From Lama glama (lineage: Eukaryota), in assembly GCA_028534125.1 (NCBI GenBank), contig CM052832.1, positions 33,728,001-33,792,000 of the forward strand: a DNA stretch of 64,000 nucleotides, in the 5' to 3' direction. Below are positions 1 through 10,950 of this stretch, in pieces; within the stretch, counting starts at the first letter, position 1; every line of letters begins with the position of its first letter. Position numbers and translations under genes: made by a program. The notes below the pieces were generated by a model. It searched no databases. It was not told where the DNA came from and saw only the letters and a program-made list of their open reading frames with translations.

Positions 1-3000
1 GTCGGAACGCAGTGCGAGAGTATTCCCTGTGGAACGAGCATGTGTGTCCCGGCCGTGTGAAACGTGCCGCTCACGTCGTGGGGAGACGGCGGGCTGGACG
101 GGAGGCGCAGTTTGTGGTCTGGGCTGCCTTCCACGTGCCCATGCCTTGGACAAAGTGTAATGAGGTTTTGCTAGGTAGCTAATTTATCTGCTTTTGCATA
201 CCTCTTAGCTGAGGCTCTAAGAAATAGCAAAATGCCCCAAGGACTCTCGGCCGATGGTGAGGAGGAAGATGCGGGGTCAGGGGCAGGGCATGTTGACAAT
301 TGGACAGTCATCAGCCGAGTCATTAAATAAGGGTTGTAATTTATTTTACTGTAGTTGAAAAATATCTGATGAGGGTGTGTGTGAGACAGAAAGGGTGGGG
401 AGGACACAGGGAGAGGGCGATGGGAGGCTGAAAGTGGTGGCGGGAATCGAGTTCAAGTTAATGCTTGCCAGGACGTTGACTGGGCTCGTTTTTCTGTCTT
501 GAAGGAGCTCAGACTTTAACACAAGGCTTTGCATTTCTTAAACACACACAATATATGTTTTTTACTTTATGGTGAAGCTCTTAGGAAATCTCCACCTCCT
601 CATTCCCTCTGGTTAGAAAAAAACTCCACGGCCAAGCCATCTATCTTGTGTAATTATCCTCATAAACCTCCGAAGTACGCTCCTCTCCCGACGCGGCGCT
701 GGCGTGGGTCCGGGCACAGTCCCCAGCGCGGTAATCACAGGTCCTAAGAGGAGTGCCGCCGTCAGGATTTACCGCCTCTGCTGCGGACGCATAAATCATC
801 CCGCGGAGCGGTGAGTGGACGGCCGCGCGGCCCTTTGTTTGCGTTGGGCGTTCTCTGCAGCTTCTCCGCGTGAGGGCTAGGGCATCCGAGGCCCTTTGTA
901 GAGGGTGCTTATCGTTAATAGAAAGCAGCATGTGTGCGTCCTGCAGGCCCGCTTCCTTATTTAAAGTGGGCATCCTTCCTCCCCTGCGATGTGTTTCCTC
1001 TCTGGTTGCAGGACCGAGGGCCAGGCCTTTGTAAGCCCTTAAAGGCACATCCCTTCCAGATGACCTTTTGTCCTGAGCGGCTGAGATGTATTGTTCAGTC
1101 TGCTCAGAATTACACGGGGTGTCCTAGGAATTTTTGCTTTGGTTAATTAAATTTGGAAACGTGTCATTTTTTCCTATTATAAAGCATAAATGAAAGTGCA
1201 GTCAAATTGATTTTGGAGCTCTGGTAGATGAGATAATTGCAAGCGGGTAAATGATTTAGGATTTGAAAATACGTGTGCCTTTTCTCTGCTGAGAGAAACT
1301 TGAAACATACTTAACTCCACTTAAATTATCTCCTCGTCTGGGCCCCTTTCCACTCATAAAGGTGTTACGTCCATGTTATGCTGAGCAAACTCATCCTGAC
1401 CAGTGGTACCAAACAGAGGGAGACTCCGCTTGAATAAAGCATTCTTTTTACACTTAAAGATGACACAGGACCCACAGCCGAGCTTACGAAAAGCCACAAG
1501 ATGCTGTGTGTGTAAGACCTCGTCAGGCCCTCATATAGTCGATATCGCTAAGGTTCCTCTTTTGCCACGAAGTTTTTGTTTCTCTGTAACTATTCAAAGT
1601 TTTTTTTAAAACCTTTGTTCAAAGAACTGTAGACACTGAAATTCTTTTTAGTCGGAGAGCAAGAAGAAAGGTCTGTGCAGGGATGGTAAGTTGATTAGTT
1701 CTAGAACTATAGAAAGCCGGTTCGATTATGCAGATAATTTCCTGAAGTTTTTAGTTTTCGTTTATCATATATTTTTAATAAAAGAATTTGGCGTCAACTT
1801 TATGAAACCTAAATTTATGACTTCTTCTTAAGTCTGTATCGTGACACGCCACTCCGCCTTCCCTTCCAGTAACTGCAACGTGCTCTGTGGTCCTCTGGTT
1901 ACCTGCGACCTGCTTCTGGAAGCGTCTTCTCTCTTATTTGCTATTCACACATCAGTAAATTCTGCTGTTTCAGCTGACTCGCCAAATCTGCTGTCCCTGC
2001 TCATTCCTGTTCTCAGTCCAGACTCAAGCACTCTCCCCCTCTCTTATTTTCCTTGTAAGAACCCCCGCTATATTTCTGCATATCTTAATATACCCACATA
2101 AAAACCGTCTTTCTCTGCCTCCCACTTGAAGAAGAATCACCCAGGCCCCCTTCTGAACACACCAGAAATCAAGGCAAGAGGAAGAGAGCCGCCCTGGGTG
2201 TCAGAGCCCTGCCGGTTCCGCTCCCTGTCGGACGCCTTGGTTTCCTCCCACACCTTTGCCGGTTGTCCCCGCAGCCCAGCGGACCCCGTGACCTCCTGGC
2301 TGGTGTGTCTCCCCTGCCCCAGCCGTGCCCGGCCCCCGCCCTGGCCCGGGGCCACGTCAGAACACCCAGCTCAAAAGGACGGACAGGGATGGCGTCTTCC
2401 TGGACCCTCTGTCGCTAAAAGCTCCTGTTTCACACCATCCCTCTCTGGTCTCGGCTCTTTGTCTGCTGTGCTGCTGTTGCTTGTATGTGTGTTAATACAT
2501 ACCTCATAGTTTCTGGCTTTTATTTTAATTTTATTTTAATTTTTAAATTTAAAAAAAATTTAAAAAATTTTTTTAATTTTTATTCTCTTTTTTCCTTGGA
2601 CTTTATTCTTGTCGTATTTCTTATAGGATCCATATCCTTCTTTGGAAAAAACTTTTGACTCATTTCCTGTTTCTTGGTAACATCTCAGAAGTAGTGCAAA
2701 GGTCTTCCATAGGCAAGATTCAGTAAGCCAGTAAGGATGTGACATTCATTTTATAAAGTTGCTAGTGTAGACCTGGTTTCTGTTTACGAAGATCCCACTT
2801 TCTTTGGTGGCCAGGCCGTCCACCCCTCAGCCACCCACACAGGGCTCCGTGGAGTTCACACCGCGGTGTCTCAAGGGTGTCGTCAAAACCCGTCCTTGTG
2901 AAGGATTCCTGGCAAACGTTGCGAGGCTGTGAGCAGTTTAGGAAGTGTTACTGCTGAGACGGAACGTTCTGCCGGGAGCTTGTGCAGGTCACACACACAC

Positions 3001-4599
3001 ACACACTGACGCTCACGGCCAGGCTGCACCTGTAGCCAGTGAAGTCGAAAATAAAAACGTCAGCTCCACGTGGTTTTCGTGGTGGTTTCAAACAGCGGAT
3101 TCTCGTTTGCCAAGAAACATGGTTGTGCATTAACAGTAAACCTTCTCTTTATGTTTCGTGTGTAAATTGCAGGGGTCGTTTCCTGTGACCCCGTGTTTGA
3201 AAAGTCCTTTCTGTCCTCATTCTCCACTTCGCCAGACCCGCCGCTCGGCCGTGAGGCCGTTTGTTTGCATCAGGGCGGAGGGCGATGCGGGCGGCGGGGG
3301 CCGAGGAGCCTCTGGCTCTGAACTGAGAGAAGGTGGGCGGGTTCCCCACCCGAGGTGAAGGGAGCCACGCGGCCAGAAAGCCTGGGGCCTGCGGCGCGGG
3401 ACCCGGGCGGGCCCTTCAGCCCCGATGCCCGTGGAGCGCTGTTGTATTTGGCAGCCGATGGTGCTGACTGAGCCGAAGTGGTAGTTCAGAGGGTTAAACC
3501 TTTTACATTAAAAGTATTACAGTAAAGCCTGAGCATTTGAGCAAAATGTGCTAAGCAATCTTAAATTTCATTGTAAGGGTGATTTTTTTCATGTTAAAAA
3601 CCTTTAGAGGCCATGGAGCCGTTCAAAAAACTTTTTTTTTCTTTAAGAAAAGATGGCGTCTTAGAGTAAGGGAGACGTGATAAGTTAACGTGTGACTGGT
3701 GAAGTCACCCTCTTCACAGAGCTGATTATTCAGCCAAACAAGCATTATTTCTCCGTAGGTTGGTTAGGGTTAAGAAAGAACTTGCCCCGCCCCCCGTTCT
3801 ATTTTTTTCATTTTTCGTATTCCAGATACTGACTTCAGCTCGAAACACGTGTCCATGTGGCCAGAGAACATCCTCACTTGGCCCCGGCTACCCGGCGTGC
3901 TTCTTCACTCATTCTGCGTGGCTGTTCACCCGTTTGTTCATTTGTAAATCCAAAGGTGAAGGGACAAGGTAGAAAGAACTTTCTTTTAAGCTAGCACAGT
4001 TGTTATTCATGAAATATGTGAGTTTGAATTTACTTGGCTGATAACAGCATATATAAAGTTAATAAATGCTTGATTTGACATTTTTTCAAGTTCAAAAAGA
4101 AAGAAATCCTCATTTGTGTGTGTGCACATGCACACATTAAGAGCTCTAAATATTTATTTTAACAGTCTCGAAGCTCGTTAAATGGCCATTTTATCCTGGC
4201 CATTTAATAGGCACTCATTAAATATTCATCGAACACACACACACACACCCCCCATCAGATTTAGAAAGCCAGTAGTTTAAGTTTTGGATTCTTCCAGTGT
4301 CTTTTTATGTCAGACCTTCGTTTACGGGTTTAGCAATATGTGGATACAAGTGGAAATAGATTTCCTTTCAAAAGCAAAACAAAATCAATTTTAATATCGT
4401 CTGCTGTTTTGGGCACTTTGTTCTGTTTCTTCTTCCATTTAATGTTAAGCTCCTTTAGTCCTTTTTGCCCCCGAATGATTGTGGTAAAGGTGATGATGAC
4501 ATTCCCGCAGGGTCTCAACATTGCTCACGGTCACTGTGGGTTCATCTTCTTCCTTGTTTGTGATTGCTGTGTCTTTTTGGTGGATGGCTTGAACGGTAT

Positions 4600-5530
4600 G
4601 TAGTATGCCTCATTGTTCTTGTTGATACTAGGATTTAAAGCAGGAAGAGGACTAGTATTTCCGAACCAGCTTTCTTTTTGTAAGTAGTTGCCTGGGATTT
4701 CTCTTTCTGTTATTTTTTTCCAGCCATTCAGTGTCCTTTTGCTTTAGTGTATAGTTATAGAGAAAAGAATTAGGCATGTCTTTCTTGTGAGTTCAGGTTT
4801 CATTGTCTATCGCGTTCGCGGAGAACTTGATGTGTTTGCGTTGACTGTTACAGCTGCCATGCAGGTGCTTGCTTGTGTCTCAGTGTGTGTTTCCTTCTTC
4901 GTGGCGTATCTTGTGCGTCTTTTTTCCTTCAGTTACTCTGAGTCTTCGATTTCTTTTTCCTCAGCTGCTGGTTCAGAAGTTGCACTGTTTCCGTTCATGT
5001 TCTTTTTGCCGTGATGCTTAGTTTCAACACCCGTACTTGGTAGAGTCTAAGCTGACTCACGGTGCTCCCCGCCCCGCAGACGCTAAGCGGGCCAGCGGCC
5101 TCCACCCCCCAGCGCACTGCTGTCCTGTGTTCTCCCTCTACCCTGTGCGTATCTCTGAAATTCATCATGATTATTGCTCTGTTTTTAAACATAGCTCAGA
5201 ACTTTTTTGGGTTTAGCCATATGCTTACCAGCTAATTTACTCGGCCTTCCTTCTTTCCTCCTGTTCCTGCTTGTTTGTGGTCCTTGAGTAGTGGTTTCAG
5301 TGAAGGTATGAGCTATAAACCCTCTGCCTGTGTCTGAGAATACGTTAGTTTTGCCGCACACGGGGGTGGTAGTCTGGCTGGTGTTTGGATGTTCTGTCTA
5401 CTCCTCAGTCCATCCATTGATGACTTTGTTACTGGTTTACACACTGTATGGAACTTCTACTTGGTGCCTTTTTCCATTCTCCCCTCCTTGCTTTGTGGTT
5501 GCTTCTTTTACCTCTTTGACGACTTCAAAC
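4600..5530 (-). mobile_element. Degenerate ancient L1M/HAL1-type ORF1-region fragment
   Basis: T-rich tract. 5390-5520 (gatgttctgtctactcctcagtccatccattgatgac...) resembles the antisense L1 ORF1 consensus as I recall it. Boundaries approximate. Confidence 0.45.
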
Positions 5531-6717
5531 ACGCCTGCTTCAGAGAGCCTGTCACACTCTCACCTCCCAGTCCTGGAGCGAAGGTTCTCCTGGGAGCTGA
5601 CTCTGCTTTCTGCGCAGGGTGGGGGGCCCGGGCTGTGGCAGGCTCCCTGCAGGGGCTTTGCCTCGGTGCAGGCAGCACCCAACACATCCCCCCAGGTCCA
5701 GCCAAGTTTTTATGTTGTGAATTCTGAGAATTGTAGCACAGAACAGTTTGTTCATTCAACAAATAGTATGAGGAAGCGACAGATGTCCTGTCCTTTTGTA
5801 GCTTGTAACCACCCTAATTAATTACACGACACACTTCAAAGAGTTTCAAGTAGGTGTAAATATGACAGGAGCAGCTTTATTCTAACGTCTACACAAAGAT
5901 GAGTTTAACTTGACAGCGGAAACACATACTCAGGTAGCTGCCACTATTTTCAATGTCAGTGAAATTTGATGTGAGTTTGAGGACGGTTTTCAATATAACG
6001 TAAAATGAAATTCCAGTCAGCTGTTTGAAAAATGCCTTGAAACGCCTCTGGGAACGCAGTTTGACAGTCGTTCACCTAATTCTAGGCCCTGCGTCAGGAC
6101 TGCCTGACCCGGTCTGCCGGGTAGGCCCAGGATCTGCGTCCAGAAGGAGATGAACTGTAGACGGCAATTATAAATGCTTTCCAAAAATTCCTAATTATGT
6201 GTTAAGAACACACGGCTCTTGAAGGCAAGTGGTTTTGTTTTCCTCAGAAAGAAAGCTGATTTGAGTTTCAGGGGCTTTTCTTGGTGTTCCGAAGTCCCGA
6301 AATGGCCTGCCTGCAGCACTCTAATCGGGTTCCAGATGACGTACATAGAAAGCAGAGCCTTATCTTTCTTAGGAATGCTGTCCTCGTGTATATTCGAATA
6401 CACAGCGAAAATCAAAAATGCAGATTTGGGTCTGGAGTGTCTGTGCCCAGCACCGTGGTCTGTGCGTGGTAACAAACGCTGTGTTTCCCAGACGCTCGGT
6501 TTTCTGCCGGGTTAAACGTGGTGGTGGTTTTCGTTTGTAATCTGCATAACTGCTCGCACGTTTAGCAAGTGATCTCACTTGCAACTTTTTCCCCTCCTTT
6601 TAAAATTTAAATTTTAAAAATGGTTGACTCGCTGTGATGTTTTGAATAACGTGTAGCGTTACTGGACTGCTTTTTTCAGTTTTCATAAAGTTTTTATTTA
6701 CTTACTTTTAGTTCTTA

Positions 6718-6800
6718 CTTTTTTATTGAAGTCTAGTCCATGTACAGTGTTAGGTTCAGGTGTTCAGCAAGGCGATTCAGGCGTACACGACATGCATGTG
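6718..6800 (-). mobile_element. Short L1 3'-terminal fragment (laurasiatherian/artiodactyl type)
   Basis: ttttttattgaagtctagtccatgtacagtgttaggttcaggtgttcagcaaggcgattcag matches the familiar antisense L1 3' end (ttttattgaagtatagttgatttacaatgttgtgttagtttcaggtgtacagcaaagtgattcag). Confidence 0.7.
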
Positions 6801-7589
6801 TAAGTATGTAGACAGATAGATGGATATTTCCTTTTTACCTTCTGAATCCCACAGAGGTAGAGGATACCAGAAAAGTGCTCCAGCACCGTCCCTCAGCTTC
6901 GGGAACGCCAGTCGCTGCCAGTCAGGGGCCAGGAGCCGCCCCTCGGTGCTCGTGTCGTGTGCAATGCTCGCACGTGGTGCCTTGAAGGTGGCCTGCACCC
7001 TCTGCACATGTGTTTGCTCTGCTTTTCTTCAGCCCCCTCCCCCATGAAGTTAAAACTTGTGCCCCGACTCTGGTTTCTCTAGACTCTGCTCCCCGTCCTT
7101 TGGGCGCCACATCCCCCTGGTGTTGGTGTAACTGACACACGTCGCCTGTGCAGCTCCACCCCATCGTCTCGCGAGGTGCAGGGCCTGTCAGGCCGTAAGA
7201 CAGATGCAAAACTCAGGTTTCTGTGAAAAGCATTCCCTTGACCTCAGGCCCAGCTTTCCTCGTCCTTCGGTGTAAGTGGGGTGACCCCAGGGCCACTTGA
7301 GGTTTGCTGGCGTCGAGAGAGACAGTGGCCAGGTGTGATGAGGCTTCGCCGTCTCACCAGCTTTACATCGCGGTCACGCAGCCGAGGAGGCCTGGCTCCT
7401 GCCGGGGCCACTGGGCGCTGTGGGTTGGTCGCCTCTCCTCCCAGCCTGGCTGGGCTGGACGGGCCGCCATGTGTCGGGAGCCGCCTCCGCAGATGGGCGG
7501 GGCGGGACCCCACTTGGAACCGGTCACCGGGGGCTGTGACTGCTGTGCTCTGCCACTGGGCCACCTTACGTCCAGGGCTAGAGCTTGAG

Positions 7590-7602
7590 AGGTCAAAGGT
7601 CA
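7590..7602 (+). promoter_or_regulatory. Perfect DR1 nuclear-receptor element AGGTCA-A-AGGTCA (sequence match only; function unknown)
   Basis: Exact consensus match, followed after 2 nt by AGGTGT. Confidence 0.4.
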
Positions 7603-8399
7603 AAAGGTGTGGAGGCTGAGTCATGAATGTTTTGCACATTGTATTAATTTTTAGCTCTTTTTCTCTTTTTGTGTCTTCATTTCTGTATTTACAGTTTCTG
7701 GAGACTGGACCCTTGAGCGTCTGCGCTCAGACTTTGGGTGCTCATTTTCCCTCTCGGCTGCTAGGAAAAGGCACCGCGGTCTCCCCGTCTGCGGAGGGCG
7801 TATTTTCGTGGTCCTGAGGCCTAGACAGGCAGCATCGCGGCTGTCGTCACTGCTGTTACTTCAGACATTAGGTCGTTTATCCTTTCTTTTGTGCTGTATT
7901 CCTAAATTTTAGGTTTAGTAGATGAAGAGGATCAGCATTTGGCTCCTGGAGTGTCTGGTTATAAATAGACCGGAAAGTCTCAGCACGGGGGCTGCCGCCT
8001 CCCTCGGCCCCTCACAAATACTTGAAAGCAAATGATTCATCAAGTAGAATCACTAAGCGCAGAAAGCTGCCAATCTGTAGAGTTTGACCCCTCCTAATCA
8101 GAGCGAGGCAGCAGGACGTTGAGTTCCTGCCCTGCACCTGATTGAAGCCAAACGCACAGGGGACAGCTGGCCAAGGAGGAAGCGCGGGGCCGCCCCAGCG
8201 GGGGTGCGAGAGCGGCAGACGTGTGGAGGAGAGTGACTTTAGAAAGCCTGCTACGTTTGTTTTATTTTTCCAGATACGCCTAGTAGATAAGCACAGTTTC
8301 AAGCTTCAAGCTTTTCAGTAGCATTCCAGGTACGATTTAAGGAAAACAAACCCATGTGCGATTTAAGCAGCATGTCTTCCTGTGCAGGTGGGTGTGTTA

Positions 8400-9330
8400 T
8401 TTTCAGATAATTCTGTTATCATCTGATTTTGCAAGTTTTCCCTGTAGACATTTATCGTAGCTATTGAAACATCACTTTATATATGTATAAAAATAATGAC
8501 ATATAAATATATGTAATAACATAAATAAATACAATCACACATATAAATAAATATATTTATAGGAATAAATATGATAGGTATTTATAAATAGAATGTAATA
8601 TATTTATATAAAATGTGCTTCTATGTATAAACACTTAATATATGTTTATATATAAAACGCTTAATAAAACTGAAATTCAATGGGGGAAGACATTTATATA
8701 TATTTAAAAAAATTAAGATCTTTATTGTTTTGGTTTCTGAATCTTGCTGCTTAGTGCTCTGTGTTTCATCTCTGGTGCTGTTACACCCCGGCAGTGAACG
8801 GTTCCAGTTGCTCCCCATCTTCACCGGCATCTGTGGTGGCAGGGTCCCAGTTCTGGTCATCCTGACAGGCCTGTAGTGGCGTCTCGCTGTTCTGATGTGC
8901 GTTTCCTCAGTCACGCAGGACGTGGCGCGTCTTTCCGTGTGCCTGTTTGCCGTCTGTGTGTCTGTTGGTGAGGTGTGAGCCGTGTAGTTGAATCGTTTGC
9001 TTTTCATTTGTCACGTGTTCTTGGCCGTATCTTTTTTTGCCTTATTTGGGTTGAACTGGGTATTTTAAAACATTTCAACAGTCTCCATCGCATTTGTCTG
9101 CACATCTTTGTTTAAATGTTCGACGAGCGCGCTCATGCTTTGGGAGCGCGTGCGTGTGTCTTGCCAGTCTCTGCTCGGTCCTGCGGGCGGCGCCGCACCC
9201 TGCCCGTGTCTGTCGGGGGCGACGACAGTAAGCCGCCTTTACTCATTGTGGTCTTGGTGCCATTATTTTCATAGGTTGCCCTTTTGCATATCTTTGTAAC
9301 CTGACAGTTTATTGTTATTTTTGGTTCGAA
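8400..9330 (-). mobile_element. Ancient L1M fragment (ORF2 3' part and 3' UTR), interrupted by AT-rich low-complexity DNA
   Basis: 8800-9000 (ttccagttgctccccatcttcaccggc...gtagtggcgtctcgctgttctgatgtgcgtttcctcagtcacgcaggacgtggcgcgtctttccgtgtgcctgtttgccgtctg) follows the antisense L1 ORF2 C-terminal consensus. Confidence 0.7.
8476..8715. repeat. AT-rich low-complexity / degenerate (TA)n tract
   Basis: About 240 nt dominated by A/T, with repeated atataaat/atatttat units. Confidence 0.85.
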
Positions 9331-9399
9331 CGACTTTAAAGAAATGTTCAAATGAGTCAAGGAGTCATACTCACTTCTGACACTCTTCATTCTCTGTAC

Positions 9400-10950
9400 A
9401 GATGCGGGTTTCCACTTGATACAGTTTTGGTTCAACCTGGAGCACTGCTGGTTCCATTTTATGGAGCACCTGTCTTCTCTCAGGAAATCTTCTCAGCTAT
9501 TGTTTGTCTGAAACGCACACTTTATTTCACCTTCCTTTTTAAGGTTTTCTCGACTGGACGTAGAATACTAGCAACTTCCAGCCGTTTTAAGATCTTCCTC
9601 CCTTTGTGTTCTGTTTTACATCGTCTGGCAAGTAACCCCAGTCACTTTTGTCTTTGTTTCCTGGTAGAGCTTTTCGCCTCTGCTTTTAGCAGTTTCCCTG
9701 TGTCCTGGTTTGCAGTAGTTTTATTGTCATAACCTACACTATGTGGTTTTCTAGGTGTTTATCCTTCTTGGGAGTCATTAGGTTTCTTGGATCTGAAGGA
9801 TTCAAATTATGGTTCTTCATTAAATTATGATTTTCGGCTGTTATATCTAGAAACACTGGCTTGTATTTGAGTACATGTGTATTTGACCACTTAATATTTT
9901 CCCATTTACCCTTGAGGCTGTGTTCAGAGTAAATCTAAGTGGTGTCTTTTGATGAGCAGCATAACATGGATGTTCTGATTCTCGGTGGGATTTTGCAGCT
10001 GTCTTCGCTTTCCGTTGCTAATTGGGATTAGTAACTTTGATCATATTTTAATATTTATCCTCCCTTTCAATTTGTACTGTCTTTTCTTTACCAGTTTTCG
10101 TCTCTTTCTTCTCTGATTTTTTTGGTACAGATTAAATTTTCTCTCTGATTTAGCCGCCTCTTAGACCCGCCTTGCCTCACCTTGACCTGTGTCTGCTGCT
10201 TTGAACGCGTCATTGTCTTTTGAATTAAATCCAAGGCTGTCAGGCTTAACGTATGGTTCTTTTTAAATCCCTTTAGATTTTATATATACTTGTCTCTTCC
10301 CCCTCTTTTCCCAGCTTTCTTCTCTTCACTGCTTCCTTTCTTTCCTTGGGATCCCGTTGCACGGTTCAGATGTGGCATTTCAATTAGAAGAAGAGAGGCT
10401 GTGGGTAGTTTTTCTTCGGCCTTTCAAGCCCCATTTGGGGGCCCGTTTCCTTCATTGATTGTTCTTTGTTCAAAGGGACAAACATTAGAAATCCTCTTGG
10501 AATATTAGAGCCCAGAATTCCCCCGAGCCCTCCGTGGTCGTGAGTGATGTGACATGTGACAGACAGAAGAGTAAGTTTCGTCATGCTGCCATTTCAAGGG
10601 AGAAAGCCTCCTGTTCTCTGTGACAGACGTCCCTCTTTCTGGGTTGATGTCTGTATGGTGCCATTTATTTGGATGTGGGCCAGTAATGACTGATTTCAAA
10701 TGCCCTGCTCTTGATTTTCTTCTGCTGATTGTGTATTTATACGTATTTATCTTCACCTCATCTCTTAATACGGTGAGTACGCATCTAATACGTTTCTTAA
10801 AATCATTCAGGACATTTTGAAAACCTCCCTGAGCTCACACAGTCTTTTCTCCTGTGTCTTACTTACCCTTGGAGTCTGCTGGTCACCTTCTTGTGTTAGA
10901 TTGTGGTGTTCTGTGTTTGCAGACATCCCTGAGCTGTCTAGAGCTGCAGG
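9400..10950 (-). mobile_element. Ancient L1M ORF1 / inter-ORF fragments
   Basis: 9555-9855 (tggacgtagaatactagc...ttttaagatc...tgtggttttctaggtgtttatccttcttgggagtcattaggtttcttggatctg...ttcttcattaaatt) matches the recalled antisense L1M ORF1 consensus. The distal boundary is approximate. Confidence 0.65.

Noticed and set aside
2520-2580. A/T-only palindromic runs (tttttaaatttaaaaa, 2540-2555) as a cruciform
   Set aside because: Short and of low complexity; likely slippage of an A/T tract.
3650-3670. AAGATGGCG (YY1-like / start codon) followed by a gtaag donor
   Set aside because: The ATG frame stops after three codons (ATG GCG TCT TAG); a single short motif without support.
8370-8393. Other AG|GT junctions as recursive sites (8387, also 3758 and 39330)
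   Set aside because: Short pyrimidine tracts or weak donors compared with 22082.
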